Shown here: in pieces, positions 21,402-33,583 of the stretch
How positions within the stretch are numbered: the stretch's first letter is position 1
Layout: every line of letters begins with the position of its first letter
Assembly: GCA_963772455.1 (NCBI GenBank)
Contig: CAVYXJ010000012.1
Coordinates: forward strand, 176,652 to 240,651
Reading direction: 5' to 3'
DNA: 64,000 nt
DNA from: Candidatus Bathyarchaeota archaeon
GTDB lineage: Archaea; Thermoproteota; Bathyarchaeia; Bathyarchaeales; Bathycorpusculaceae
The notes under the pieces: generated by a model
Seen by the model: the letters and a program-made list of their open reading frames with translations, nothing else
What the model was told of the DNA's origin: nothing
Databases searched by the model: none
Program-made: the position numbers and the translations under genes

Positions 21402-22157
21402 GGCTTAGGCTTAACTCTTAATCAAGCAAAAGTTTACTTAGCTGTAATTAAACTTGAGAAAACTACTGTGGTGCAGGTAGCAAATTTTTCCAAAGTACGC
21501 AGAGAAGATGTTTACAGAATTCTGCCCTCACTTGAAAAAATGGGTCTTGTTGAAAGATTACTCGGAAAACCAACCGAGATTCGCGCTACACGCATTTCGG
21601 ATGCTTTGAGCCTCTTGGTCGAGGCGGAAAAAGGCAAAGCTGACGAGCGACTCGTAGGCATGAGAGGTATAGTTCAGAAGCTATCTCTTAAAGACTGGAA
21701 ACAGGAACTTCCCAAAGAAGAAAGCATATATATTCTCATAGCAGAAAAAAAATCTATTTTTGCTAAAACCTCAGATTTGATTAATGGCTCTAAAAAAGAA
21801 TTAGCGTTGATTGCGGATAAAGGAAGAATTATGCCAATTTTGTTTCAATTTTCAGATGAATTCAAATCTGCTACAAAGAATGGTACAGTAATTCGATTGC
21901 TTTTTGAAAACGAAAGACCAGATAGTTCACTTAAAGAAAAAGTAAAAAAACTAATTGGCAAAGAGTCTTCGATTCGCATAAAGTTCCATCATGAACCTTT
22001 GAATCATTTTTTGATGTCTGATGACAAAGAAGCCATGATAACGACTTCTAAACAAACAGGACTTGGCGAAAGCCCTTGTCTTTGGACAAACAACTGTAAT
22101 CTGATCGGCGTTTTAAGAAATAGTTTTGAATCTGATTGGGAAAAAGCAGAAGCTTAA
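21369..22157 (+). CDS. TrmB-family transcriptional regulator
   Basis: LGLTLNQAKVYLA…S.V.REDVYRIL..LEKMGLVE wHTH plus C-terminal effector domain. Confidence 0.9.
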   Translation: MTNDENTELLLGLGLTLNQAKVYLAVIKLEKTTVVQVANFSKVRREDVYRILPSLEKMGLVERLLGKPTEIRATRISDALSLLVEAEKGKADERLVGMRGIVQKLSLKDWKQELPKEESIYILIAEKKSIFAKTSDLINGSKKELALIADKGRIMPILFQFSDEFKSATKNGTVIRLLFENERPDSSLKEKVKKLIGKESSIRIKFHHEPLNHFLMSDDKEAMITTSKQTGLGESPCLWTNNCNLIGVLRNSFESDWEKAEA

Positions 22158-22299
22158 TAAAAACCTAATTTTCCTGACTAATTTCTTTTTGCACTGCAGC
22201 ATTTGTTGGTGTATGCTCACAGTCACTAGCGCTTAATTATTTCAAAGACCTTCTTTAAGATAGTTCAAATTTTGAGATTGTTTTGGAGATAGATAAGTT

Positions 22300-22458
22300 A
22301 TGAATACTTGGTTAACGATTGCAATTGTTATTTTAATACTTTGGTTAGTTGGGTTCTTTGCTTTGCCAGGCGTAGGCGCACTGATACATATACTGCTTGT
22401 GATTGCCGTAATCTTTGTAGTTGTTTGGTTATTAACTGGCAAAAAACTGTGGAAGTAA
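22300..22458 (+). CDS. lmo0937/DUF5670-family membrane microprotein (not in the ORF track)
   Basis: Read manually: MNTWLTIAIVILILWLVGFFALPGVGALIHILLVIAVIFVVVWLLTGKKLWK*; LWL.G…G.LIHILLV.A is the family pattern. Confidence 0.75.
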   Translation: MNTWLTIAIVILILWLVGFFALPGVGALIHILLVIAVIFVVVWLLTGKKLWK

Positions 22459-22948
22459 CCACATTCTTTTTATTATTTTTTTTTCAGTCACCAATTTTTC
22501 CTCAAGACGCAAATATTTTTGTCAACTAACTCGTATGAACCCAAATCCTGTGTACGCTAAAAAAAGAAAGAATTAGATTATTTCGTTAGCTATTTGGTGT
22601 CACTTGAACTTGGTTCGAATGCATATTCGATTAAGGTTACTCCTGTGTGACAGCGATAACTATATCCATTGACTTTTACGAACTTTTTGTTTGTTCTCTA
22701 ATATCTTTCCATGATTCTCACGAATATTTGTGACAAGCCCAATTCTTTGGCTGTTAAGGGCGTTTTGGGGGCTGGTGGTGGCGCTTTTTCTTAGAAAGTT
22801 TTTTTGAAATTAATTACAAAATTTATACTTAATTGTTGATAAAGTTAAAAAAAGTGAATGTTGAGGATAGAAAAAGCTTAAATTGTAAACGGTTGAGCAT
22901 AGAAACATACGCAAATATCTTGCGTATAATAATTCAGGAGAAATAAAA

Positions 22949-25462
22949 GTGTCAAAAACAAATAAAAAATTGACAACAATTTTTGCAATGTTTCTAATAG
23001 CGGCATTCGTAGTATCAATGTTTGCTATACTGCCTTCTAACGCACAAAGTTCCACCTACAGAACCAAAAAAACTTATGCTGTATGCGGTCTACTGCCTAA
23101 TCCTGTTGGGGTTGGACAAGAAGTATTAATCTGGGTTGGTATAACGGACTATGTTCAGAACCCAACTGATGGCTGGAAAGGTCTCTCAGTAACAATAGAA
23201 AGACCAGATGGAAAAACTGATACAATAAGCAACATAGCAACTGATTCAACAGGCGCAACAGGCAAAATATATGTGCCAGACATTATAGGAAACTATACAA
23301 TTCAAACACACTTCCCAGCACAATGGTTCAACTGGACTGCCGCACCTATGTTTGACCCTGAAGTTTATGGTAACATCTGGTACGAAGCAAGTGACAGCGA
23401 AAAACTGACATTGGTTGTTCAACAAGAACAAGTACCATCTTATCCTACTACACCGCTTCCAACTGAGTACTGGACACGCCCAATAAACGCGCAACATTAC
23501 ACTTGGAATACAATTTCTGCGAATTGGGTCTCAAGGCCTGATAATTCGTACGCTCCAAACAATGACGATGCGCCAGAGTCTGGTCACATTCTGTGGGCTA
23601 AACCATTATCAACTGGAGGAAATGCTGGAGGATTTACCGGTGAACACAATTATGAGACTGGAGATGCTTACGAGGGCAAGTTTGTGAATTCAGTTATTAT
23701 CAATGGTGTACTCTACTACAATAGATACGCTCAAGGTTTCGGCGGAGGCTGGAGTCAACAAGGAATCATCGCAGCGGATCTTCGTACAGGAGAAGAATTA
23801 TGGTTCAAGAATAACAGCAGGCTAGCGTTTGGTCAAACAATGTACTTTGACGGCTTCAATACGCATGGTGTCTTCGCATATATTTACGAAGCTGTTTCCG
23901 TATTTGACATGACAACCTTCGCGTCAGTTACTACATGGAAAGCATATGATCCCTTAACTGGAGAATACCAGTTCAGTATATCGAACATACCTGCAAGCGG
24001 TGCTCAATTCGGTGCAAGCTACACTGTTAATGGTGTAAATGGCGAAATTATAATATACAACATCAACTTGGCAGCTGGCTGGATGGCTAAATGGAACTCT
24101 ACTACGGCTGTTCTTGGGAAAGCAGTTGCTGGCACTATGGGTGCGGGAAGTTGGGGTTCTGCAGCTAACACGCAAAGGACTTTCAACGGCAATCAAGGTT
24201 ATGACTGGAACCAGACTATACCTAAAGACTTACCCGGAAGTGTGTCGAAGGTCCTCTCAGACAGAATACTTGGCTGCAATGCTTCAGGTTGGACTAGCAT
24301 GGGAGAAAACGGTGTTGCAAATTGGGCTTTTAGCATTCCAAAAACTGACACAGAAACAGTACGATTGCTCTATAATACAGTTTGGACACCACCGACTGGC
24401 ATGTTAAGCATGAGTTTCGGGGATGCTTCAGACGATTTAGTCTTCACCCTTGAATCAAAAGAGACGAGGCAAATCTGGGGCTTTAGTGCTGAATCAGGAC
24501 AGGTGATTTGGGGTCCAACTGAACCTCAAGCAATGCTGCAGATTTACGGTATGACTGGCGGAATAGCTTATGGCAAACTCTTCTCTACTGGCTATGGCGG
24601 AATACTCTATTGTTACGATGTTAAGACTGGCGATCTACTTTGGGAATACAAAGCTGCTGATTCATACAACGAAGTTCTATGGAGTAATGAGTGGCCTATA
24701 TTTGTTGCATTCATAACCGACGGAAAAATCTACCTGCAATCCAACGAGCACTCACCCACCAATCCTTTAGCACGTGGCTCACCATTCTTATGCGTCGATG
24801 TAGAGACTGGAGAAAGAGTTTGGGAACTTCCGATTTGGGGAACCTCCTGGGGAGGTGCTCCGTTAATTGGAGACAGCATAATAGTGCAGTTCAACTCTTA
24901 TGACAACCGCATCTATGCTATTGGTAAAGGTCCAAGCTCAATGACAGTTACAGCACCAGACATAGGCGTACCCGCAGGTTCATCTGTAGTGATAAAAGGC
25001 ACTGTTACTGATCAATCAGTGGGCGCAAAAGGTACACCAGCAATATCCGATGAGTCAATGACTGAATGGATGAAATACATCTACATGCAATTCGCTCGCC
25101 CAGCAAACGCCACAGGTGTGGCAATATCATTAGACACGATTGATCCTAACGGCAACTTCATGCACATAGGCGACACGACTAGTGACCAAAGCGGCACATA
25201 CAGTTACAGATGGGTTCCACCCTCAGAAGTCCCGGGCAAATACACTATTATCGCAACATTCGCAGGATCTAAATCATACTGGCCTTCATACGCCGAAACA
25301 GCATTATCTCTTGATTCGGCAGTATCTACGCCAGCACCAATCGAGGCACCAATACAATCTGCAGCTGACATGTACTTCGTTCCCGCAATCGCAGGCTTGT
25401 TCGTTTTAATCATCGTAGTAGCCATCGTACTGGCGCTATTGATGCTAAGAAAACGACCATAA
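22949..25462 (+). CDS. secreted PQQ-like beta-propeller surface protein (paralogue 2, intact)
   Basis: Signal peptide, PNPVGVGQ, repeated 'D..TG...W' PQQ-like blades, C-terminal TM plus RKRP. Confidence 0.9.
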   Translation: MSKTNKKLTTIFAMFLIAAFVVSMFAILPSNAQSSTYRTKKTYAVCGLLPNPVGVGQEVLIWVGITDYVQNPTDGWKGLSVTIERPDGKTDTISNIATDSTGATGKIYVPDIIGNYTIQTHFPAQWFNWTAAPMFDPEVYGNIWYEASDSEKLTLVVQQEQVPSYPTTPLPTEYWTRPINAQHYTWNTISANWVSRPDNSYAPNNDDAPESGHILWAKPLSTGGNAGGFTGEHNYETGDAYEGKFVNSVIINGVLYYNRYAQGFGGGWSQQGIIAADLRTGEELWFKNNSRLAFGQTMYFDGFNTHGVFAYIYEAVSVFDMTTFASVTTWKAYDPLTGEYQFSISNIPASGAQFGASYTVNGVNGEIIIYNINLAAGWMAKWNSTTAVLGKAVAGTMGAGSWGSAANTQRTFNGNQGYDWNQTIPKDLPGSVSKVLSDRILGCNASGWTSMGENGVANWAFSIPKTDTETVRLLYNTVWTPPTGMLSMSFGDASDDLVFTLESKETRQIWGFSAESGQVIWGPTEPQAMLQIYGMTGGIAYGKLFSTGYGGILYCYDVKTGDLLWEYKAADSYNEVLWSNEWPIFVAFITDGKIYLQSNEHSPTNPLARGSPFLCVDVETGERVWELPIWGTSWGGAPLIGDSIIVQFNSYDNRIYAIGKGPSSMTVTAPDIGVPAGSSVVIKGTVTDQSVGAKGTPAISDESMTEWMKYIYMQFARPANATGVAISLDTIDPNGNFMHIGDTTSDQSGTYSYRWVPPSEVPGKYTIIATFAGSKSYWPSYAETALSLDSAVSTPAPIEAPIQSAADMYFVPAIAGLFVLIIVVAIVLALLMLRKRP

Positions 25463-25610
25463 AAAAACAAAATCAAAAATATCTTTCTTTTTTTGTATGA
25501 AGAAATTTTATAATGGCACTTCAATGAACGCTTGAGTTATAAACTTAGTTTAGAATATTGCATTGGAGAAAAATAGAGCTTAGTTTACTCTGGATAAAAC
25601 TCAAAAACAA

Positions 25611-26459
25611 TTAGGCACTGTTTTTGTTGTGGTTATTTTTTATTTTGATTATTATGATTAGAGCAGCGGCTACAATCACTATTATAATAATTAGAATTAG
25701 AGGTGTTGTTTCTTTCAGGTTGATGTTGACTTGCGTTAGATTCTTTGGTTCTGTTATGGGTGATTGTGTGGTTGAATTTGGATTTGAAGTATTAGTCAGA
25801 GTAGATGTGGGTTTGGGTGTTTCTTTTGGTGAAGCTGTAGGGGTTGCAGTGGGTGTAGTTAGAACTGGTGCTGAAGGGTAAGGATGTGTTTGTCTTTGAC
25901 TGGACGGGGTTATTATTCCATCGTCTGAGTAACCTACGCTTTCCCATTTTCCTTGGAAGTCATAGTCAACAAGTTCTATTTTTACAACTTGAGATATCCA
26001 CTTGTAGCCCCAATGGCCAGGGACCACTAGTCGTAGCACTTCACTTAGAGGTGCTCCATCTTTTGCGTATGCCAATATTATGTTATCGCTTTTTGCTGTT
26101 GCGATTTTTAGGTCTGTTGAGTAGCCATCGTTTGCGTAGAAAGCAACTTTGATTGCTTCAGGTAAAACTCCTGTTTCGTTTAGAAGTGTCCAGAGATTGA
26201 CTCCTGTCCAGTTGCCTTGGGCTACTATTGTTGTGGGAAAATCTACGCAGATTAGTGCTGTTGAAATTGTTGTTTGAGGCATAGTTTGCAAATCTGATAA
26301 AGTTAAGGTAATTGGGTGATTGACAAGTCCGCTTATGTTTATTTTCCATGTTGAATCGTTTGTTTCTGCATATGCTGAAGGTAATGTAGAGCTAAAAGAG
26401 GTGAGAATTAGGCTTATTGCAAGTATAGTTAGTAGTGTTGAGAGAATGGTTTTTTTCAT
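25611..26459 (-). CDS. sulfite-oxidase-family molybdopterin-binding oxidoreductase, secreted and C-terminally anchored
   Basis: LICV (Mo-ligand Cys), WTGV.L..LL, DGYST, LRLVVPGHWGYKW, G.WE..GY; Thr/Pro linker and TM tail. Confidence 0.85.
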   Translation of the reverse strand: MKKTILSTLLTILAISLILTSFSSTLPSAYAETNDSTWKINISGLVNHPITLTLSDLQTMPQTTISTALICVDFPTTIVAQGNWTGVNLWTLLNETGVLPEAIKVAFYANDGYSTDLKIATAKSDNIILAYAKDGAPLSEVLRLVVPGHWGYKWISQVVKIELVDYDFQGKWESVGYSDDGIITPSSQRQTHPYPSAPVLTTPTATPTASPKETPKPTSTLTNTSNPNSTTQSPITEPKNLTQVNINLKETTPLILIIIIVIVAAALIIIIKIKNNHNKNSA

Positions 26460-26745
26460 TTTGTAGTCAACTTGGTTTTCTTGAGATGTTAATGTATGAC
26501 ATGCGTCATATTTTAAGATTCTTTTATTCAAAACTAAAAACCACCATTTAATTTCGCCATATAACATTTTCCAGATATATTTTATATCTTTTTGAACTGA
26601 AAATATCACAAATTTCACATAAACATTAAGAAAAATGTTAAATTGAGTATGAGTTGATAACCTGAAGCTATGCGTTGAGTTGAATTCTCAATTTAACGCA
26701 TTAAACTAAAAGAAAAAAGAAAAATGCATAGGAGAAAATAGAAGA

Positions 26746-29422
26746 ATGAAAGGACTGAAAAATAAAACCGCAACTATTCTGATTGTAACAATGTTTCTAA
26801 CATCCATGGCAATGACAGTAAATGTAATTCCCGTAGCTTCTGCTGCAGGAACAAAACAGACCTATCCAGTAATTGGAGCTACACCCAACCCAGTAGGAGT
26901 TGGTCAAGAAACACTGATTCTGATAGGAATCACAGATGCAACATCATCCGATTTGTATGGATGGACAGGACTAACAGTAAAAGTAACAAAACCCGACGGC
27001 ACGATTGAAAATCTTAACAATGGAGGCGCTGGTTATAGAACAGATTCGACAGGATTGACAGGAGTTGTATACACACCTAATACAGTTGGCAACTATACTC
27101 TGCAATTGCACTTCCCTGAACAGATTACAGCTGTTGGCAGCGGCGGATTCTTTGGCGTCACCATACCTCCAGGAACCACAATGTTAGCCAGCGACAGCAT
27201 AATTATAACGCTTGTCGTGCAACAAGAAAGAACTCCAACTCAACCAGGTTACCCTCTTCCCACTGAATATTGGGCGCGTCCAATTGATGATCAGTTAAGA
27301 GAATGGTCATCAATCGACGGAAACTGGCTGCAGACACCGCCTAATTTCTTAGCTTTTGGCAATGCTCTAGCACCAGACTCTGCTCACATACTTTGGACAA
27401 CTCCACTGACTTCAGGAGGACAAGTAGGTGGAACATTAGATCCATCGCAGGAAATTCTGACTCAGGAAAGCCAATCGGGAGCATCAGGACAAGTAGGATA
27501 TGACACAGGAGACGCTTACGAGGGCAAATGGGGCAGTTCCTTTGGAGGAGGAGCCCCGATAATAATGGGCGGAAAACTCTACTATCAGAAATACGCAGGT
27601 GCAGACCCAATCAAGGAAACTGTCTGTGTAGATCTGCATACGGGCAAACAACTATGGTCCAGAGTCTTAGGAGCTAACCAATCACTAACAAGAGGACAAC
27701 TAATGTATTGGCAAACATATGACTTCTACGGCGTTTACGACTATCTATGGGTTGCTACAGGTGGAAGTTTCTTTGGTCCCCCAACTCCTGGAACATGGAC
27801 GGCATATGATCCATACACTGGAGACTATGTCTATACATTAACAGGAGTACCTGGAGGCACAACTATCTACGGTAAGCACGGTGAACTGTTGATATTCACT
27901 CTTGACCAGACCGGAGGCTTTATGACCATGTGGAATTCAAGCAACATCCCCTCATTGTATGCCTAGCCCACAAGTAGGTAGTATGGGCTTTGGACAATGG
28001 GAACCCATGGGAAAAACCAGAAACGCGACGGGTCCAGCAGGAACAACAATAGACTACAGTGATGGCAGAGGTGTTCTTCCTTATAACAGTCCGCTTACGC
28101 CAACAGGATATAGCGGCTACACTTGGAACGCAACTATACCTAAAGGATTGCTTGGAAGCGTTCGAATGGCTGTTGCAGAAGATAGAATTGTCGGTGGAAT
28201 GGTAAACACAACGGACGTCATTAATTGGGCAATTGATCTGCGTCCAGGTCATCAGGGAACCTTGCTATACAATACTGATTGGAAAGCACCAAGTGACTGG
28301 TTAGCAGGAAACCAAACCATAAGCACTGGAACTGTAAGCATTATCGATAAAGTAATGACCGTAAACGCAAAAGAAAGCAGAATGCGCTATGGCTTTAGCA
28401 CCGAAACAGGACAGTACCTGTGGACAATATCTGAACCTATCGCAATGTTAGGGCACCTTACTGGCGGACCATCTGGCGAAAACGGCTACATAGCTTATGG
28501 AATGCTCTTCTGTGGAACCATGAGCGGTATAATTCAAGCCTACGATGTCACAAACGGTAGACTAGCATGGACATACCAAGTAAACGACCCCTACATGCAA
28601 ACACTGTGGAGCAATAACTGGCCAGTAGGTCACTTAATCGCAGCCGACGGAAAAATCTATTTTGCAAACTTGGAACACTCAGCTAACCAACCACTACCAC
28701 GCGGCGGACCATTTGTTTGTCTTAATGCTACAACTGGAGAAGTAATATTCAGAGCAAACGGTTTATTCCGTCAAACTGTCTGGGGCGGACGCGCAATCAT
28801 TGGCGACAGCATAATAGCAACAATGGATACCTACGACCAACGAGTATATGCTATTGGCAAAGGTCCAAGCGCTGTAACAGTGGAAGCACCAATGGCTGCA
28901 ATTACACAGGGTTCAAGCATTGTGATACGAGGTTCCGTTACAGATGTATCTCCTGGAACAAATAGCGACGAGCTGAATCTTCGTTTTCCAAACGGCGTTC
29001 CAGCTGTTTCCGATGCAAGCATGAGCGACTGGATGTTATATGTCTATAAGCAATTTCCACGTCCAACAGACGCTACAGGCGTCGATGTCACATTGAACGT
29101 TGTAGACGGCAACGGCAACTTTAGAGAAATCGGTAAAACCACCTCTGATTCTTCAGGATTCTTCAGCTACCAATGGACCCCTGATATCGAAGGCAAATAC
29201 ACAGTGATAGCCTCGTTTGGAGGATCAAATTCGTACTATGGCTCTTTCTCTGAAACAGCTTTCGCAGTTGACCCAGCCGCACCAACACACGCACCATCTG
29301 CAACACCTCAAAGCGACATTGCAACAAATACAAGCCTAATGACCGCCATGGCAGCCGGAGTAGTAGCAATAATTATTGCTATAGCAATAGTTGGACTGCT
29401 TATTCTTCGAAAACGACCATAA
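26746..29422 (+). CDS. secreted PQQ-like beta-propeller surface protein (paralogue 3), one frameshift near 27960
   Basis: ORFs 26746..27966 and 27959..29422 are colinear with paralogue 2. Confidence 0.88.
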
Positions 29423-29749
29423 AACGCTAAAACCAAAAATCATCTTTCCCCTTTTTTAGTTTTAAATTCATGCATTGGAGATAAAAAAAAGGCTGAGTAG
29501 GCTCTGGTTAAAAACCATGATAACTTCCCAAGTTATCGTGAAAAAGTAATTGCAAGTGTTCTTCCCCCCAAAAAATGCCAGAGCCTCAGCAAACCCAAAA
29601 TTTTGTGAAAACAAATATTAATTATTAATTTTTTTGGAAGTCTTTTCTTGTCTTAGAATCTAACTATTTTGAATTATGAAACTGACTTATTTTCATGTCA
29701 AGAATTTATAACTGGCTTTTCATTTTAACATACTGGAGCACTAGTGACA

Positions 29750-29910
29750 TGAATGGCCCTCAATTGCCTATAACACCCAAGGTGTGTGAAAACGTTTCTT
29801 CGCCGTGTTCAAAATGTGACAATGCAGGAGAAGAGGGACCAAACGACCCAATGCTTTGCGAGAATTGTGAGAAATTCAAGGCATGGGAAGAAAAAGAATG
29901 TTCTCCATAG
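29750..29910 (+). CDS. small Cys-rich hypothetical protein
   Basis: CSKC and CENC motifs; start uncertain. Confidence 0.4.
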
Positions 29911-30022
29911 AATTAGTTGGTTGAAATTTCCGCATTTGACTTTTTATTGAAAAAAGTTTTCATAAGGAATTTGTTTGATTTTATCTAAGTTTTAATAACG
30001 AATAATTGGTAAAATAGTTGGA

Positions 30023-30214
30023 TTATGTACCGCAATTGCAGTTGTTGGTGTTGAGCCATTTTTTATGCCACTTAAAGTTTTCGCAGCCTTCTTTGGATTC
30101 GCAGCACATGCATTGATCTTCGCCTGTTGCTTTATTTATCATATCAATTAATTCTTTCTCGGCTTTAGGGTCAAGGCATAGCTTTTTGATTTGTTTTTCA
30201 AATTCGCCTGTCAA
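30023..30214 (-). CDS. small Cys-rich hypothetical protein
   Basis: CMCCESKEGCENFKW. Confidence 0.5.
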   Translation of the reverse strand: MTGEFEKQIKKLCLDPKAEKELIDMINKATGEDQCMCCESKEGCENFKWHKKWLNTNNCNCGT

Positions 30215-30264
30215 TGTATAAACTCCTCACTAATTGATATTTCAAGTAGATATTCTTTAACATA

Positions 30265-30388
30265 ATGGTTATTGATGGACGTTAATGAGAAAACGGCAAA
30301 GCTAAAATCTGACTATAATGGCAAGACCTATTATTTCTGTAACTTTGCTAGTTGCAAAACAAATTTTGACGAGAATTCCTCTAAATAA
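30265..30388 (+). pseudogene. YHS-domain protein remnant
   Basis: MVID/MDVNEKTAKLKSDYNGKTYYFCNFASCKTNFDEN; the DPVC Cys is missing and the frame shifts. Confidence 0.65.
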
Positions 30389-30615
30389 GTTAAGTGTTAC
30401 GATAACTAAATAGTGCATATCCTTCTTTTCTTTATTATAGCAATTTTTTGGATGTGCTAGCCTAATTTAGTGTGAGAAAATCAATAGATTTTTTTCGTTG
30501 AAAGATTTCTGTTTATTAGTTTAAGGAAAATCAAGCAGATGTGTTGCTGAAAAAAGACATGTTGATCAAGGTATGACTTCTCTCATTTTTTATCTGTTCT
30601 TTTATGACTCCTGGA

Positions 30616-32894
30616 CTATAATTTGGCTCTCCTTAGCAAGAGTGCATTAATGAGTACGCTGATCGAACTCAGTGACATCGTGATTGCCGCAAACTCTGGA
30701 GGAATAACTATCCCAAAAGGAACAACTGTTCCCCCTGCAGCAGCAGGGATAGCAATAACATTATATCCTGTAGCCCAAACCAAATTTTCATTCATTTTTC
30801 CCATCGTCTTTTTACTCAAAGTGATGAGTTTGGTAACGTCACGCGGATCGTTTTTAATTAAAACAACATCCGCAGACTCAACTGCAACATCAGTACCCGC
30901 ACCAATAGCAATCCCGACATCAGCCTGGACCAAAGCAGGTGCATCGTTTATACCATCACCCACCATGGCAACACGTTTTCCCTCGTTCTGAACTCATTTA
31001 ATAGTACTTGCTTTCTGTTACGGAAGAACCTCAGCAAAAAAAGTAGCCAAACCCAATTCTTTAGCAACGTAAGCTGCAGTTTGCTTATTATCTCCAGTTA
31101 TCATGGCTACTTCCAAACCCAACTCTTTCAGGCTTCTTATGGCTTCACGCGATTCATCTCTAATCAAATCTGCCATAGCTATCAGGCCAAGAAGTCTGTT
31201 TTCGGTCAAAAAATATACCACCGTCTTGCCTTGAGAAGAAAGTGACAATACTTTTTCAGACTCTGGGATTATGTTTGAATTCAATTGTCTAACCAAGTTT
31301 GCATTCCCTAAATAGACATCCTCGTTATCTATCGAGGCTTTTGCGCCTTTTCCAGGTATTGCAGTAAACTGGGTGGCTACCTCTTGCTTTCCAATCCTCC
31401 TCATGAGCTTTTTTAACAATTGCTTTTCCAATGACATGTTCAGAATTTACTAACTGCGAGTCCCGCGACTTGAAGAAGCCGTTTCTCATCCCAGTCGCCT
31501 AGCACCACTATGTCAGTGACTCCGAATTCTCCTTTTGTCAAAGTTCCTGTCTTGTCAAACAACACGATATCGAATCTTCTTTCCAATTCTCTAACGCTTC
31601 AGCATTACTGACTAGCATACCTCTTTGGCGGCCAGTGACTGTGGCAATAAGAAGTCACTGCAGGAGTAGCTAAACCAAGTGATGGGGACAGGTAATAACG
31701 AGATAACCGTTATGGCTCTGGATGGGCAAATAGACTCCAGCTCCGATTCCAAACCAGAAGATGAAGGATCCTCCCCAACGGAATCAGCGATTAACGTAAG
31801 GTAAATGCAGCTTTATCAGCAAGCTTTTGCACGCTACGGTTTTGAAGTGATAGCCTGTTCAACTGGTTTGTCATTTGAGCAATATAGTTGTGTCTTCGCC
31901 GTTTTTGTTACACGAAAACGGATTGCCCCTTCAGCGTTTATTGTTCCACCAAGAATCGAATCTCTTTTTCTTCAGCGACAGGATTTGACTCTCCAGTAAC
32001 CATGGCTTCGTTAACGGAGGTTACACCTTCTAAAACTACGCCGTCAATTGGGACTTTTCTCGCCAGGTCTAACTAAGAACAATATCATCGACTTTCAGCT
32101 CAGATGTCGGAACTTTAGTGACCTCTCCATCTTTAATCAAATTGGCTGTCGGGGGGATCAGTTTCACAAGTTCTTTTAATGCGCCTGAAGCATTTCTTTG
32201 AGCTCTCATTTCCATCCAATGTCCAAAAAGGATGAACGTTGCTAATGTGCTAATTTCCCAGTAGAAGTCTGGTGCTTTGAATAGGAAGGTAGCCGCTAAA
32301 CTGTATAGGTATCCTGACAGTAGCGCAATACTTACTTAGAACATTCATGTCGAGGGTGTGCATTTTGAAGGACTGGATTGATCCTTTATAGAATACCTTA
32401 CCGCCGTAGAGAATTACTATAGATGCTGCAATAGCAAGAACCACACTTAAGGCTAAGGATGATTGCAGAGTATAGCCTATCCATGATTGAATCGAGGGTG
32501 ACAAAATAAGAACGGGAATAGTGAAAATCGCAGCAACAATAAAATTCCTTTTCAATTCAGCTTCCATCATAACATGGTGATCATGCATTGCTGGTTTTTG
32601 CGTTCCCATCTTCATTGTCATATTCATAGCTTTATGGTTCATGCCCTCCATGGAACTTTTGGGCATGTTATGAGGCTGTTCACAATGAATTGGGCACTTC
32701 TGTAATTCAGCTATTATTTTTCTGGCGGAGGTCATGCCTTTGTGTACCTTGACTTTGAGTAGTCCATTTATTGGGTCGAAGGATGATTCAACAACATGGG
32801 GTAAGTCATTTACAATGTCTTCAACCTTGCATGTACACTCAGGAGAAATGTAATCATTAACCTGAAGTGTTATGGTCTCAAAGTCCATCTCCAC
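30616..32894 (-). pseudogene. copB: P1B-3 (CopB-type) heavy-metal ATPase with many frameshifts (decay or sequencing error)
   Basis: His/Met-rich N-terminus, [38 protein letters not shown] and MSLSS found across frames. Confidence 0.8.
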
Positions 32895-33037
32895 TACAAA
32901 AAACCTCTAGTGCTCTATTGATTGAAATCGGATAAATACTTATACCTAATTTGAATGCAACCAGAGAAAAATCGTGACCTTATTCTAAGAATAAACTGTC
33001 AAGAAATTATTCTTGCTTAAAGAAAGGTTTAAGTTGG

Positions 33038-33059
33038 CTGTAAACAGTATTGTTTACAG
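33038..33059. promoter_or_regulatory. inverted-repeat operator candidate for the RHH-RelE operon
   Basis: CTGTAAACA-GTAT-TGTTTACAG just downstream of a TTTAAG TATA-like box. Confidence 0.55.
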
Positions 33060-33286
33060 TGGTTAATTTGACTCAAGTGCAATTACGTCTTCCACAAAAA
33101 ACAATCGAAGAAATAGACAATTGGATAGCAGAAGGGCGCTTTAAAAATCGAAGCGACGCCATAAAATCAATTATCTCACACTATCAAGAACGCGAAAAAA
33201 CATGTGTTTTCTTTAATATGCTCATTAACAGAAGCGAAGAAGCAAAAAAACACCCAGAATCCCTAATTCCCATAGAGGAACTATAG
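33050..33286 (+). CDS. ribbon-helix-helix antitoxin (CopG/ParD-like); true start probably 33068
   Basis: VQLRLP…EEID..I.EGRFKNRSDAI. Confidence 0.8.
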   Translation: MFTVVNLTQVQLRLPQKTIEEIDNWIAEGRFKNRSDAIKSIISHYQEREKTCVFFNMLINRSEEAKKHPESLIPIEEL

Positions 33287-33555
33287 TGAGCTATAAAGTA
33301 CTCCTGCACCCTAAGGCAGCAAAAGAACTTCAAAAAACTGAAAAACACATCTGCACCAGAATACTCGAAAATGCAAAACAACTGCGTGAAAACCCCGAGA
33401 AAGTCGGAAAAGCTCTAAAGCAATCAGAGTTCTGGAGCCTAAGAGTAGGTGACTATCGAGTCGTCTATGAGATTGACCTAAACAAAAATCAAGTAGTCAT
33501 TCTTTTTGTTGGCCATAGAAGCAAAGTGTACGAAGACTTATCGAAAATGCTTTAA
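33286..33555 (+). CDS. relE: RelE/ParE-family toxin
   Basis: YKVLLHPKA.KEL…SLRVGDYRVVYEID…VGHRSKVY. Confidence 0.9.
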   Translation: MSYKVLLHPKAAKELQKTEKHICTRILENAKQLRENPEKVGKALKQSEFWSLRVGDYRVVYEIDLNKNQVVILFVGHRSKVYEDLSKML

Positions 33556-33583
33556 CAACAAAAAATATCTGGAAAAAAATTTA

